DNA of 27,262 nt from an uncultured cyanobacterium (GCA_963744145.1 CAVUSO010000003.1:1-27262); one strand, 5' to 3'. Shown: positions 1 through 9,854, numbered from the stretch's first letter. The notes: a model not told the origin generated them from the letters alone. Program-made: numbers and translations.

Positions 1-1124
1 AAACCTGAAGTATTGACTATTAAGGAGTCAATATTATGCTCTTGGCGATCGCCGATATTATTAGGCTCTAATTGCTTAATAATCGCTTGAATACCTGGAT
101 GATTTGGTTGGCATTTTAATCCCGCTAATGCTGCTTCTTTTGCTTCTACTAAACGTCCTAAATTAAATAGGATTGCCGCCCGGACAAAATCAATTTCTCC
201 CTTTTGTCGGAGTGGCTCTAAAATCGGATCAAGTAATAAATCTAAACTTGATATATGTTGTAGTAACCGGACAGATAGATATTCCCAATATTGAGGATAA
301 TTAGAAATTACCCGCAAAATCCTAGCTGGATAATTAGATAAACTAGCGGTACGTTTAAAAAATGAATTGACATCTTGATAAGCGGGAGTTGATAGTAATT
401 GCATCATATCTTTAAGAACTGCTAATTGATTTTGCAATTCTTTTTCCTGCAATTGATGGTAGGTATCAGATGACATCCTCTGAGCTACTGATAATGCTGG
501 AAAATAGCAAATACCGGTTCTAAAACCAATTACTAAATCTGTAAACCAATCAGAATAACAACCCATTTCCTCTAGAAAACCGCCAATCTCCATTAAAGCC
601 GAACGCTTTCTAATCCCAGTTGGAGTATAGATTGGCATCGCATTAATAGGACGATTGAGAATAATTTCAAGCAACTCATTTGGAGAAAAATAGCAAGATT
701 TATCGCTTAAAGATAACCGATGTTCCCTCTGATTACCTGTCCGAGAATCAAAAGTTATTAAGTCTGAACAGCACAGTCCAGCTTGAGGATACTGTGCTAA
801 TATGTTCATTGACTTTTCATACAATTGAGGTAAAACTTTGTCATCGGCAGCAGCTGAATGTATATAGTTACCTGATGCTAACTTTAGGGCTAAATTGACT
901 GAAAAATTAACTCCTCTATTTTGGGTATTACGCACCAATTTAATGATTGGTTCTTTGGTCGCAAATTTTTCGATAACTTCAACACTTTTATCTGTAGAAG
1001 CATCATCAACAATAATAATTTCCTTTGGTCTAAAACTCTGATTTAATATTGCTTCTAATGCTTCACCAATATACTGAGCATGATTGTAATTAGGCATTAC
1101 TACAGATAAAGTTAGCTGATTCAA
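1..1124 (-). CDS. Family 2 (GT-A) glycosyltransferase with a C-terminal TPR-like helical segment; 3' end runs off the window (not in ORF track)
   Basis: Manual translation of the minus strand gives an open frame from TTG at 1124 (GGGGGA RBS-like element 7 nt upstream; alternative TTG at 1130) to the window edge. It reads (M)NQLTLSVVMPNYNHAQYIGEALEAILNQSFRPKEIIIVDDASTD...SGNYIHSAAADD, matching the GT2 N-terminus and a DxD-like motif. Near the end, FVRAAILFNLGRLVEAKEAALAGLKCQPNHP looks like a TPR. Confidence 0.9.
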   Translation of the reverse strand, partial: MNQLTLSVVMPNYNHAQYIGEALEAILNQSFRPKEIIIVDDASTDKSVEVIEKFATKEPIIKLVRNTQNRGVNFSVNLALKLASGNYIHSAAADDKVLPQLYEKSMNILAQYPQAGLCCSDLITFDSRTGNQREHRLSLSDKSCYFSPNELLEIILNRPINAMPIYTPTGIRKRSALMEIGGFLEEMGCYSDWFTDLVIGFRTGICYFPALSVAQRMSSDTYHQLQEKELQNQLAVLKDMMQLLSTPAYQDVNSFFKRTASLSNYPARILRVISNYPQYWEYLSVRLLQHISSLDLLLDPILEPLRQKGEIDFVRAAILFNLGRLVEAKEAALAGLKCQPNHPGIQAIIKQLEPNNIGDRQEHNIDSLIVNTSG

Positions 1125-1169
1125 GGCCAAATCCCCCTAGTTTAAATTGGTAGGTAAAAATCTCATCTA

Positions 1170-1814
1170 CTAGAAATTATATTCAGTGACATTGTTCGCA
1201 GGTTCTAGATTTTCAGATTCTGGTAAAGCACCTTTCATTAAACCATCCAAGATACAGTGACAAATACACAGATGAGTAATTTCAGCAAATCCATAAGCCA
1301 TTGTAGGAACATAAAAGTTAAGATCGCCTAATTGACGCAGAGGATTGTCTGATTTGAAAGCAGACAGAGTAATGACATGACAACCACTTTGAGCTGCTTG
1401 ACGCGCACCTGCTAGGATATTGGCTGATTTTCCCGAACTACTAATGGCAAAAAGCACATCTCCTGGTTGAGCAAAAGTAGCGATCGGCTTGCTAAAAACT
1501 TGTTCATAGCCAAAATCGTTACTAATACAGGTGAGCAGAGCTCCATCATTAAAGGCGATCGCTGGAAATCCACCATTACGCCAGTAGTCAATTGCTTGAT
1601 GGCTAGCTACAGCCGCACTACCACCATTACCAATAAAAATCACTTTTTTCTGTTGCTGTGTTTGTTTAGATACCAAGCTCGCGGCTTGATCAATCCCTTC
1701 GGCAAAAGACAGAGATATACATTCTCGATTAGTTACTTGAAAATTTTCGCTTAAACCTGCTAATTGGTGAAAATAATCTGTGGCAAAGGGGTGTGATGAT
1801 GGTAATGATTTCAT
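1170..1814 (-). CDS. gmhA: SIS-domain phosphoheptose (sedoheptulose-7-phosphate) isomerase
   Basis: Motifs IGNGGSAAVASH, ISNDFGYEQVF, AISSSGKSANI and EITH. The ORF-track start at 1898 overlaps the NUDIX gene, so ATG at 1814 (MKSLP) is more plausible. Confidence 0.85.
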   Translation of the reverse strand: MKSLPSSHPFATDYFHQLAGLSENFQVTNRECISLSFAEGIDQAASLVSKQTQQQKKVIFIGNGGSAAVASHQAIDYWRNGGFPAIAFNDGALLTCISNDFGYEQVFSKPIATFAQPGDVLFAISSSGKSANILAGARQAAQSGCHVITLSAFKSDNPLRQLGDLNFYVPTMAYGFAEITHLCICHCILDGLMKGALPESENLEPANNVTEYNF

Positions 1815-1852
1815 AGGTAAAAGGTCTAAAAGTGAGCAAGATGACAAAATAA

Positions 1853-2299
1853 TTATTGCTGGAGATAGGTACTCCAAGCCGCAGTTAGGTCGGGACAAGC
1901 GATCGCTGCCACTACCTGCGGTAACATTAACTTAATTTTAGGAATAATAAACAACTGATTTAGTTCCTCAAAAGCAAATAGTCCGAAAGCTTGACCTTCG
2001 GTCAATATTAACTGATCAGTCGCAACTGTTAAAGGAGTAGCAAAAAGATATGTAGTTAACAATTGGTCTGGTTCGTCCCATGTCAGTAGATATTTGATTT
2101 GAGTAGGTGTCCAACTTAGTTCTTCTGTCAGTTCTCTTGCGATCGCTTGGATGGGAGTTTCACCAGCATCAAGGGAACCCCCAAATAGTCCCCAGTAATT
2201 TGGGTAACTAATATCAGGTCTATTATCTCGTAGTTGTAATAACAGACGGGACTGTTGGTAGATAAAAGCGTGGGCAACTTGACGAGGCGTTGAAGCCAT
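1853..2299 (-). CDS. NUDIX hydrolase
   Basis: Nudix box GGSLDAGETPIQAIARELTEEL, preceded by LLLQLRD...YPNYWGLFGG. Confidence 0.9.
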   Translation of the reverse strand: MASTPRQVAHAFIYQQSRLLLQLRDNRPDISYPNYWGLFGGSLDAGETPIQAIARELTEELSWTPTQIKYLLTWDEPDQLLTTYLFATPLTVATDQLILTEGQAFGLFAFEELNQLFIIPKIKLMLPQVVAAIACPDLTAAWSTYLQQ

Positions 2300-2304
2300 A
2301 AACT

Positions 2305-3300
2305 TTAGGATTTTCCTAGATGCTCAAACCATTCTTTGGTAGCTTCTTGAATTGTATCAGGTGTCCAGACCGGAGATTCTCGCCATAGATCAATATTAGC
2401 TAACATCTGTGCTACTCCATCAGGAAAGGAAACTTGTGGTTGCCAACCTAGTAGGGTTTTAGCTTTGGTAATATCTCCCCAAGTACAGTCTGGTTCTCCC
2501 GGACGTTTGGGTATATGGACAACAGGACCTGCTAATAGTTGTACAAGAGTAAGTACACTTTGAGGTTGACCAGAGCAAATGTTGATAATTTCACCCTTAA
2601 CTTGGGATTGTGCTGCGCTAATAAAAGCTTCCACCACATCACTCACAAAGGTAAAGTCTCGAGTTTGACTACCATCTCCTACCACGGTGAAGGGTTGACC
2701 TGCTAATTTTTGGGCTAAAAATACCCCAAAGACTGCCCCATAAGCTCCAGTAGTCCGACTCCGCGGTCCATAAACATTAAATAAACGTAGAGATACAGCT
2801 GGAAGTTGGTAAACTTTAGCCCAATGACAAACTAACTGTTCCCCCAGATATTTGGTTAAAGCATAAGGATGTTCCGGAGCGCAGTTATAGGTTTCTGGAG
2901 TTGGGTACTGATTGGGGATACCATAACAGGTCGAAGAAGCTGTATAAATAAACCTTTTTACTTGGACATGACGACAAGCTTCTAGGAGAGCAAAGGTACT
3001 ATGAACATTAGCGTGGTAATATTTAGCTGGGTTTTGGATCGATGGGACTAAATCAGCTAAACCTGCTAAATGAAAGATCCAATCGACACCTTCTAAAATA
3101 TTTGGTGTGATTGTGGCTAAATCTTGTTCTAAAAAAGTGAAGGTGTCAGAGGTTTGGGCAACTTGTAGATTGCTCAGACGACCTGTAATCAGACTGTCTA
3201 GACCGATCACATGATGACCAAGAGCCAGTAAGCGATCGCACAGATGGCTCCCAATAAAACCAGCAGCACCAGTTACCAAGCATTGCATAGGAATAGTCAA
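2305..3300 (-). CDS. Extended SDR, NAD-dependent NDP-sugar epimerase/dehydratase (4-epimerase-like)
   Basis: TGAAGFIG, HLAG, ASSTCYG, YALTK, FNVYGPR and GDGSQTRDF. TTG start with GGAG upstream; alternative ATG at 3288. Confidence 0.9.
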   Translation of the reverse strand: MTIPMQCLVTGAAGFIGSHLCDRLLALGHHVIGLDSLITGRLSNLQVAQTSDTFTFLEQDLATITPNILEGVDWIFHLAGLADLVPSIQNPAKYYHANVHSTFALLEACRHVQVKRFIYTASSTCYGIPNQYPTPETYNCAPEHPYALTKYLGEQLVCHWAKVYQLPAVSLRLFNVYGPRSRTTGAYGAVFGVFLAQKLAGQPFTVVGDGSQTRDFTFVSDVVEAFISAAQSQVKGEIINICSGQPQSVLTLVQLLAGPVVHIPKRPGEPDCTWGDITKAKTLLGWQPQVSFPDGVAQMLANIDLWRESPVWTPDTIQEATKEWFEHLGKS

Positions 3301-3330
3301 TGATATTTCTCCAACAGCTATTATCTATAT

Positions 3331-4485
3331 TTATGGTTCTCTGTGATCAAAGGGTGGGCTGAGAATAAAGTTGACTGAATTGCATTCTGGGTATAGTTTT
3401 TTGATTTTTAAACTGATATTTTTCCCATTATCATGGATGAATGGCATCACAATCTTTATTTCCTTGGGTATGTCTGATGGCATTACGATCGGAATATTGT
3501 CTATTTTATTGCCAATTTTTTTCCGATCTTCATCGACAAACAAAATCGGTTTTTTGGTTAATTGTCCATATACCCAACACCCAGCTATGGTTGTACCAAA
3601 AAGACCATAGTTACCATTTTGGGTAGATTTTTCAAAATAGGCAATCGTATTATTTAGCCAATCAAAATATTGATTAGCTCTCCAACTATCTACAGGTTCA
3701 GATGAAGAAGTTTCTAAGTCAATTGCTTTTTTTAACAATAGAGTTAGGCAATTATTAGTCCAATTTTCTCCATCAGTCACTAAGGTAAACTCTTGAGTAT
3801 GACAAAATTTTATTAATCGATTTTTGTGAAAATGAGAGCAATGATCAATCACAGCCATGTCAAAAGGTGTTCGATAAATATCAGGTACTTGGATCAGTAA
3901 AAAACCCTCATCTGTCAGCAAGTCTTTTAATTTTAATAGTAATTCTCCTGGATTAGCTAAATGTTCAAGAACGTGCCACAAAATAATTAAATCAAATTTA
4001 TCCTTGGGTAAATTTTGAAAGTCTCCACAATAAAAATCGACGACATTAGGAATTGTTAAAATCTGATCTTTATAATGATCTCCTAGATCAAAAGCAAATA
4101 AACTCCATTCTGGTAAAAGTTGACTAGCTGACTTCAGCACAGCACCATTACCTGTACCAATATCTAAAAGTTTACCTTTTTTTGCTAATAAAGATCGACA
4201 ACGCTCGATCGCATCATAGGTTCTTGGTCGAGCTGAACCACTTTCCCGAAAAACCAGTTGTTCTTCACCTCCAGAAAGATGATAAATATTATATTCTTTA
4301 TAGATCGCTTCGATCGCCACAAGTTCAGTTTCTGTATGAGCTTTTTGCAAATGATTACACTGTTCACAGAAATAGATTTTTGCTGCAAGAGAACATAGAT
4401 TTGGTTCTGAGGTGACTGAATTAGGCTGAATTCCCAAATTGCCTAATTCTGTGATTTGATTGTTTCCACAAAGATTACATTTCAT
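3331..4485 (-). CDS. Class I SAM-dependent methyltransferase with N-terminal Zn-binding Cys motifs and a C-terminal Rossmann-like domain (divergent sugar C-methyltransferase-like architecture)
   Basis: CNLC...CEQCNH, LLDIGTGNG, FDLIILWHVLEH, and C-terminal YGLFGT...LFVDED.KKIG. Confidence 0.8.
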   Translation of the reverse strand: MKCNLCGNNQITELGNLGIQPNSVTSEPNLCSLAAKIYFCEQCNHLQKAHTETELVAIEAIYKEYNIYHLSGGEEQLVFRESGSARPRTYDAIERCRSLLAKKGKLLDIGTGNGAVLKSASQLLPEWSLFAFDLGDHYKDQILTIPNVVDFYCGDFQNLPKDKFDLIILWHVLEHLANPGELLLKLKDLLTDEGFLLIQVPDIYRTPFDMAVIDHCSHFHKNRLIKFCHTQEFTLVTDGENWTNNCLTLLLKKAIDLETSSSEPVDSWRANQYFDWLNNTIAYFEKSTQNGNYGLFGTTIAGCWVYGQLTKKPILFVDEDRKKIGNKIDNIPIVMPSDIPKEIKIVMPFIHDNGKNISLKIKKLYPECNSVNFILSPPFDHREP

Positions 4486-4499
4486 CTGATAAGTTATTA

Positions 4500-5339
4500 T
4501 TATAACTGATTAGCTAATTGATAAGCATGAGCTGCTTCTGTGACTACAGACCGACTTATTTGTTCATAATAGCCTGGTTTTAAAGATTCGTTTAGAGGAG
4601 CTAGAGCATTTACTACTCTGATATCAGAACTCCAGCGAGAGATGGAACCGCGATTCTCTACAGCACCATGTAATATAGATAAACTAAAAATTAGTGCTTC
4701 ACCTAAATTAAGTGCAATCGGCTCCATCCCCACCGTATAAATAGGATCGATTAACTTAGGAGCATAAAGAAATCCTAATTGATTTTTTATTGATCCTTTG
4801 GTTATATCCGGACTGACAATCTGTGTAATCGGAAAATCGGATTCAGGACGAATATGAGAGCCGGAAAGCATTGAGATCGAACTTTCTAGCGGCACATTAA
4901 CATAGGGAATTAAAACTGATAGTTCAAAAGGTGAATTTCCATAAAAAGTATCGCGATGATATCCAACATTATCTTGGGGTTTATTTGGTCTGGTAATCCG
5001 CAAATGGGGCTTGCTTTGCACATTTAGATCTGGTCCTAATAAAGCTTTGAAAAAATCTATTTGAGCTGTAATAATCTTTTTACCTAATTGCTGTTCCCAA
5101 AAAAATTGACTTAATTGAAATTGCAATTCAGTATGCTGATCATCATCTTCAATTACAGTTTGATATTGCTCTAATGTAATGGTAGAATTTCTAGTTAGCC
5201 GTCGCAATTCTTCTAGCAAAGCATTACGGGTAATATAAACTGGCTCTGGATTCGGTAGTTGCAGCACCATCCATCCATGTTGATAAAAGTGCTGTTCCAG
5301 TTGCTCAAAATTTTTTGGTTTAGTTGTCGTGATTTCCAT
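4500..5339 (-). CDS. 2-oxoglutarate/Fe(II)-dependent dioxygenase, phytanoyl-CoA dioxygenase (PhyH)-like
   Basis: HxD (YHRD), SGSH, distal His (ILHGAVEN) and SRWSSDIR. ATG at 5339 overlaps the upstream stop (TAATG), so it is preferred over TTG at 5345. Confidence 0.8.
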   Translation of the reverse strand: MEITTTKPKNFEQLEQHFYQHGWMVLQLPNPEPVYITRNALLEELRRLTRNSTITLEQYQTVIEDDDQHTELQFQLSQFFWEQQLGKKIITAQIDFFKALLGPDLNVQSKPHLRITRPNKPQDNVGYHRDTFYGNSPFELSVLIPYVNVPLESSISMLSGSHIRPESDFPITQIVSPDITKGSIKNQLGFLYAPKLIDPIYTVGMEPIALNLGEALIFSLSILHGAVENRGSISRWSSDIRVVNALAPLNESLKPGYYEQISRSVVTEAAHAYQLANQL

Positions 5340-6097
5340 TACCAAGAACCTCCATCAATCGGTAATATAGTACCAGTACAAAAGGAAGCTTTTTCTGAAC
5401 ACAAGAAAATAACAAAATCACTAATTTCATCTAGGGTGGCAAATCGCTTAATCGCAATTCTTTGGTCAAGATAGTTTTGGACTCGATCTGGGTTTTCCTG
5501 AGCTACCTGATCCCAATGACTACCTGGAGAACGAATTGCCCCTGGCATAATGGCTGTAACTACAACCCCATCAGGTGCTACTGTACAACCTAAGTTTTTG
5601 GTATAGGCATTGAGAGCAGCTTTGACGGTACAGTAAGCAAGGGCACCACGACTTAAAGTAGCAGCGATCGAAGAAATATGCACTACCCGTCCCCATTTGC
5701 GTTGTTGCATCGAGGGAATTAAATAACGATTTAAGTCAGTAGCAATTTCCAAGTTAAGTCGCCAAACCGAACGCCATTCAGAAACTGAACAAAATGGATC
5801 TCTAATTCCTAATGTACCCCCCAAGTTGTGAATGATAATATCAATCTGTTTACCATGAGACTGGATTGTTTCAACTAACTCTCTAGGAGCATGATCCGGA
5901 ACTAAGTCTTTAACTTGACTCCAATGACCTTTGACTTCACCCCCCATTTCGGCTAACAAGGAGAGCAGATCCGCTTGATTACGAGCAACGACACCAACTT
6001 GGGCTCCTTCTTTGGCTAAACTCAGCGCGATCGCTCTCCCCAATCCACGACTTGCTCCCACCACTAAAGCTGATTTCCCCTCAAGTTCTAGGTGCAT
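5339..6097 (-). CDS. Classical SDR oxidoreductase (FabG-like fold)
   Basis: VGASRGLG, HISS, YCTVK, MPG and C-terminal TGTILPIDGG. Confidence 0.9.
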   Translation of the reverse strand: MHLELEGKSALVVGASRGLGRAIALSLAKEGAQVGVVARNQADLLSLLAEMGGEVKGHWSQVKDLVPDHAPRELVETIQSHGKQIDIIIHNLGGTLGIRDPFCSVSEWRSVWRLNLEIATDLNRYLIPSMQQRKWGRVVHISSIAATLSRGALAYCTVKAALNAYTKNLGCTVAPDGVVVTAIMPGAIRSPGSHWDQVAQENPDRVQNYLDQRIAIKRFATLDEISDFVIFLCSEKASFCTGTILPIDGGSW

Positions 6098-6099
6098 GA

Positions 6100-7146
6100 T
6101 TATTCTGACTTGGAGTTACAAATTAGCGCCCTACCTACTTTACCTGTTTCTAAATCCTCTAAGGCTTGATTAATTTCTTCCAGGGTATAGCTATGGGTAA
6201 TCAATTTTTCTAATGGTAGCTTTCCTGATAGATAAAGTGATACATATCTAGGAATATCCTGGTCAGGGTTAGTTTCTCCTCCCCAAGTACCAATCACTTT
6301 TTTACCGCGAATTAAATCAAAAGGATCGAGACTAATTTTTTCTCCTACTGGTAAGTTTCCAGCTAGCACCGCTAGTCCCCCAGGTGCCCGAATTGAGGCG
6401 ATCGCAGCTTCCATGGTCTGTTGACGTCCAGCAGCTTCAATGGCATAGTCTACACCTTTACCTCCAGTTAGCTCGTTTAAAACTTGCTGGGTATCCGCAG
6501 TTTTCCCATTGATTGTGTGAGTTGCGCCTAAAGCTTTCGCTTGTGCTAATTTATGGTCAAAAATATCAACGGCAATGATGGTAGTTGCATTCATTAGATT
6601 AGCAGCCAGGACGGCACTTAACCCAATCCCACCTACTCCAAAAATTACCACGCTACTACCGGGACGAATTTGGATGGTATTTAAAACTATCCCAGCTCCT
6701 GTCGGAATGGCACAACCTAATAAAGCTGCTTCTCGCAATGGCATAATTGCGGGAATGGCAGTGAGTCGATTTTCGGAAACTACTGCATATTGTAAAAAGG
6801 TACTGATGGCACCAGAGTTAATGGTCTGGTTTTGTTTTTGGTATTGAGTGGAGGGAATGTCTGCACCTTGTCCTTTAATCCAAGAAAGAACTACGCGATC
6901 GCCATGTTTTACTTTATTTACTCCTGTACCAATTTCTAAAACTATCCCAGCACCTTCATGTCCCATAGTATGGGGTAAATAACGATCTGGTCCTCGTTTT
7001 CCCCTTGCTTCTAACAGTTGACTATGACACACACCACTGTAGACAATTTCTACTAAAACTTGACCAGGTTTGAGTGTAGGTAGGGTCAATTCTTCTAAGC
7101 GTAGAGGTTCGTTGAGCTGATAAAGGACAGCAGCTTTAGTATTCAT
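6100..7146 (-). CDS. Zn-dependent medium-chain dehydrogenase/reductase (alcohol dehydrogenase family)
   Basis: GVCHS, GHEGAG, LLGCAIPTG and FGVGGIG. The structural-Zn Cys cluster is absent. Likely start is ATG at 7146 (MNTKAAVL, ATGA overlap) rather than 7206. Confidence 0.9.
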   Translation of the reverse strand: MNTKAAVLYQLNEPLRLEELTLPTLKPGQVLVEIVYSGVCHSQLLEARGKRGPDRYLPHTMGHEGAGIVLEIGTGVNKVKHGDRVVLSWIKGQGADIPSTQYQKQNQTINSGAISTFLQYAVVSENRLTAIPAIMPLREAALLGCAIPTGAGIVLNTIQIRPGSSVVIFGVGGIGLSAVLAANLMNATTIIAVDIFDHKLAQAKALGATHTINGKTADTQQVLNELTGGKGVDYAIEAAGRQQTMEAAIASIRAPGGLAVLAGNLPVGEKISLDPFDLIRGKKVIGTWGGETNPDQDIPRYVSLYLSGKLPLEKLITHSYTLEEINQALEDLETGKVGRALICNSKSE

Positions 7147-7802
7147 TCGGCAATGAACCAATAGTAATCTCCAGTGTACCCTACTTCGGCAAATAGCTTC
7201 ACCCAATCATCTACGTGCATATAAGTCAAAGCACCTAATTTCCATTTAAACATATTTTCTTTTTGTGCATCTGTGCGCCACGCATCTACTGATATAAAAG
7301 CATGACTACGGCTGACTCGCTGAATTTCCCTAAGTGATTGCTTACATTCTTCTAGCGGTAGATTGTGGATGGTATTAATTGATATTACTAGGTCAAATGA
7401 GTGATCTGGATAAGGTAATTCCTTCGCATTACCAAGTTTCAGTTCGGGTTTTACGTCTTCGATTGCATTGGCGATCGCATACTCGGAAATATCCAATCCA
7501 GCGATCGTCATTTCTGGCATTAATTCTTTGAAATCATGTAACATAAACCCTTTGGCGCAACCTATATCTAGTAAACTCGCGGTTGGAGATAAGTTGTAAT
7601 ATTCCTTAAACCTTTTGACTGTATCTTGCCAGAACCGAGGATGATAATAGTACCCACCGTATCCATATAGACGATCGCCATCAAAATATTCCTGACCAAA
7701 TTTACGTGCGATCGCTATATGATCGTCAGTCATTACTTGTCCCCGTTCTTCTATGGGGCGTTTGCTGCGTGGGTATAAATCCAGCAGGTTTATTTCTGAC
7801 AC
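7143..7802 (-). CDS. Class I SAM-dependent methyltransferase
   Basis: LLDIGCAKG, GLDISEYA and LPYPDHSFDLVISINTIH. Likely start is GTG at 7802 after an AAGGAG RBS; the ORF track starts at 7841. Confidence 0.88.
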   Translation of the reverse strand: MSEINLLDLYPRSKRPIEERGQVMTDDHIAIARKFGQEYFDGDRLYGYGGYYYHPRFWQDTVKRFKEYYNLSPTASLLDIGCAKGFMLHDFKELMPEMTIAGLDISEYAIANAIEDVKPELKLGNAKELPYPDHSFDLVISINTIHNLPLEECKQSLREIQRVSRSHAFISVDAWRTDAQKENMFKWKLGALTYMHVDDWVKLFAEVGYTGDYYWFIAE

Positions 7803-7885
7803 TTTTTCTCTCCTTTCATGCAATGGCGATATGGGAGCCAATTCGATTTTTGGCTGAACAACTGGACGAGCAAAATTAGATGTTT

Positions 7886-9760
7886 CTATTTTGCCATGAT
7901 CAGTTGACGATTTTGCGGTGAAAATTCAACTTCAGCAAATTCTAAGATTTCTGGAAACTCTTGAATCCGCTTTTGCCAGTAGTTAGACTTGGACAAAATC
8001 TGGGTAAATTTTTCTTGATAGTAACTAGCTTTTTCGGCATTACCTAACATTTTGTAACCCTTGATTAACCCAGCATACATTGACGCATCAGAGGGATAAC
8101 CTGCTAGAATTGATTCAAACCACTTGACAATTTTCGCGACATTTCCACCTGGCTGAAAATTTGGGTTTTCTACAAAGTTAGCCACGAAGTTGAAGGTAAA
8201 CCAAATTTCCCTCAATTGTTCCTTACTGGGAATTAAATCGTAAGGTAATTTAAAAATGTTGCGACCACATAAGATGCTATTTTCGGGATTGATAAAATTA
8301 TGACCAAACTCTCCTAATTGTTGGGCACGTCCCGGATTGAGGGTTTTATTATATCCTTCTTCCCCACAGCGATCGTCTCCTAATTCTTGAAATGCAGAAA
8401 ACATTTCTGTTCCTTTCAGAGGTTGACAAATATAAAAACTCGCCCAATCCCAAGCAAGTTCAGCCGCAAAATTATAGGTATCCATCATTTGTCCAAAGGT
8501 TTCACCAGCAAAACCAATGATAAAGTTTCCGCTGACGAGGACTTCTGGATATTGTTTGAATAAATTGCCTTTTTTTCTTAGTGCGGATTTGGTTGTAGGT
8601 TTTTTAATTTGTTTTAAAACTTCGTCATTACCGGATTCAATTCCGACTTTGAATGCTTTCATCCCGGATTTGACCATCCAGTACATAATTTCTTCGGTAA
8701 TCGCAACTGCTATCAGACCATTGTTGCATACCCACTCTAATTCAGGTACTTCTTCTGCTAATCCCTTAAACATTTCTAAAGCGCGATCGGGATTAAATAA
8801 TAGGTCGTCATCTAACCAGTCAATTTGCTGAATTCCTTTTTCCCGGACTAAAAACTTAATCTCTTCAATTACGCTTTCTACTGACCGTTGTCTTACTCCA
8901 TACCCGTTAAAATCACGAACTGTGCAAAAAGCACACTGAGCGCGACATCCTCTATTACTTAAAACTGTTGCAAAACTTTTTTCTTCGCCGTTATATCGAG
9001 AAAATGCTGCTAAAGAACCGTATTTATGATATTCTTGGATCTGGATCAAATCGTAATAAGGTCGGATGTCTTTATCCCAGTCAATCACCGCTGGTTGTTC
9101 TGTCCCTAATGGGTAAACTTGTCCTTGATATCCAAATGCTGCTCCCCAAGGGATGGAAACTGCTTTTCCAACTTTACAGCTTTCTAAAAATGCTTTAAAC
9201 TGCAATTCCCCTTCTTTCCGAAAAACAATATCACAGTAGCCGTTTTCTAAAATTTCTTGGTAATCGTAGCTGCCTTGTACTCCCCCTGATAGGATTGGTA
9301 CATCGGGAAAGTTAGCTCGAATTAGCTTAGTGATTTCCACAAATACCGATTTAGTGCTACCAAACATATAGGTAACCGCGACATAGGGAGCATCGCAAGA
9401 CCTAACTTCATTCAGCAGCAGTTCTTTCCAACTTCCATAATCAAAAGGATCAGTATGACTTAAACGTAGTAGTTCGTAATTAAGGTCAATCACCCGGATT
9501 TCTATTTCGGGATTTACTTCTTTGGCGATCGCTGCTAAATATAGTAAGCCAATGGGGGGATAAGCATAATAACCCCGTTTTCTGGCTGTAGCTAAATCAA
9601 ATACATTTTCTGGGACCAGTTGAGGATTGACCAAAATAAGCTGTTTTGGACTAGGAATTCTTAACCCACTCAGGAATAACTCAAAGGTTTTGCTAGAGTG
9701 GCCATTTTCTTCTTTGGGAGTAAATATTTGATTTTCCTGAGCTGTGTTGAATATAGTCAT
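7886..9760 (-). CDS. Cobalamin-binding (class B-type) radical SAM enzyme
   Basis: N-terminal PPIGLLYLAA...ILSGG B12-binding-type domain, SNRGCRAQCAFC (CxxxCxxC), DDDL, VGIESG and NFIIGFAGET. Confidence 0.92.
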   Translation of the reverse strand: MTIFNTAQENQIFTPKEENGHSSKTFELFLSGLRIPSPKQLILVNPQLVPENVFDLATARKRGYYAYPPIGLLYLAAIAKEVNPEIEIRVIDLNYELLRLSHTDPFDYGSWKELLLNEVRSCDAPYVAVTYMFGSTKSVFVEITKLIRANFPDVPILSGGVQGSYDYQEILENGYCDIVFRKEGELQFKAFLESCKVGKAVSIPWGAAFGYQGQVYPLGTEQPAVIDWDKDIRPYYDLIQIQEYHKYGSLAAFSRYNGEEKSFATVLSNRGCRAQCAFCTVRDFNGYGVRQRSVESVIEEIKFLVREKGIQQIDWLDDDLLFNPDRALEMFKGLAEEVPELEWVCNNGLIAVAITEEIMYWMVKSGMKAFKVGIESGNDEVLKQIKKPTTKSALRKKGNLFKQYPEVLVSGNFIIGFAGETFGQMMDTYNFAAELAWDWASFYICQPLKGTEMFSAFQELGDDRCGEEGYNKTLNPGRAQQLGEFGHNFINPENSILCGRNIFKLPYDLIPSKEQLREIWFTFNFVANFVENPNFQPGGNVAKIVKWFESILAGYPSDASMYAGLIKGYKMLGNAEKASYYQEKFTQILSKSNYWQKRIQEFPEILEFAEVEFSPQNRQLIMAK

Positions 9761-9854
9761 TTTAATCTTTCCTCAGATACCTGGGATATCTAAAAGTGTA
9801 AGGTAAAGAATGGCTTTCTGGCAATAGTAGTTTCTGATTTCCCGATCAACTAGG

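Noticed and set aside
7836..7855. Hairpin AGCCAA-N8-TTGGCT as a terminator
   Set aside because: The stem is only 6 bp and has no U-tract on the coding strand.
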